A DNA stretch of 61,107 nucleotides from a virus (Duplodnaviria > Caudoviricetes), in IMG/VR virus record IMGVR_UViG_3300043429_000621, positions 1 through 61,107 of that record. One strand, 5' to 3'. The notes beneath the pieces are model-generated. The model was not told the origin of the DNA, did not search any database, and saw only the letters and a list, made by a program, of their open reading frames with translations. Of the stretch, positions 61,015 to 61,107 are shown one piece after another (position 1 is the stretch's first letter; each line of letters begins with the position of its first letter). The position numbers and the translations under genes are program-made.

Positions 61015-61107
61015 CGTCAATCTCCTTGCGGGTTCGGGCGTAGCTTTCAGCCTTCTCGGCCCTGTGTTCCGCCTCCACGGCACGCACCGCCGTGCGGGCG
61101 ACAAGCC
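60981..61107. repeat. Terminal direct repeat, copy 2
   Basis: Identical to 1-127. Confidence 0.97.

Noticed and set aside
60981-61107. 127-bp terminal repeat as a biological direct terminal repeat
   Set aside because: The length equals a common assembler k-mer and it falls inside the spanin genes, so it is best read as circular overlap.
1-61107. Genome-wide excess of CGTACG
   Set aside because: The scattered 6-mer count looks compatible with chance at this GC content; only the longer palindromes in promoters were kept.

Overview
The window is a complete, GC-rich dsDNA tailed-phage genome of about 60,980 bp. Bases 1-127 are repeated exactly at 60981-61107, which looks like a circular-assembly overlap. 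The layout is podovirus-like: TerS/TerL, portal, scaffold, Mu-gpT-like major capsid protein, tail adaptor/nozzle, ejection proteins and fibres, with no tape measure, tube or sheath. The host is probably an alphaproteobacterium (Rhodobacterales-like), inferred from RcGTA-type head-spike genes and a Gram-negative holin/endolysin/spanin cassette. Virion genes are on the minus strand. A plus-strand block (41025-47950) encodes Sak4, SSB, an exonuclease, an SF2 helicase and a VRR-NUC nuclease, divergent from a primase-polymerase gene. I found no integrase, A/B-family DNA polymerase, RNA polymerase, tRNA or CRISPR array. Main candidates for new biology: (1) a short motif, [YFHRK]-x-x-G-G-x-[VA], occurs about 25 times in the predicted internal/ejected proteins and sits at their domain boundaries (M15 peptidase, ADP-ribosyltransferase, HhH-GPD glycosylase-like, InPase, S74 and SLT domains). 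The genome also encodes a standalone protein made of two copies of the GE[FY]V-type module that follows this motif in siphophage tape measures. Together these suggest a cargo-tagging or polyprotein-processing system. (2) A CmoA-like carboxy-SAM synthase gene is coupled to a C5 DNA methyltransferase that carries a nested alternative-frame ORF, suggesting DNA carboxymethylation. (3) Several homing-endonuclease genes appear to have replaced the 3' ends of their upstream neighbours. All family assignments come from reading motifs by eye; no database searches were run.
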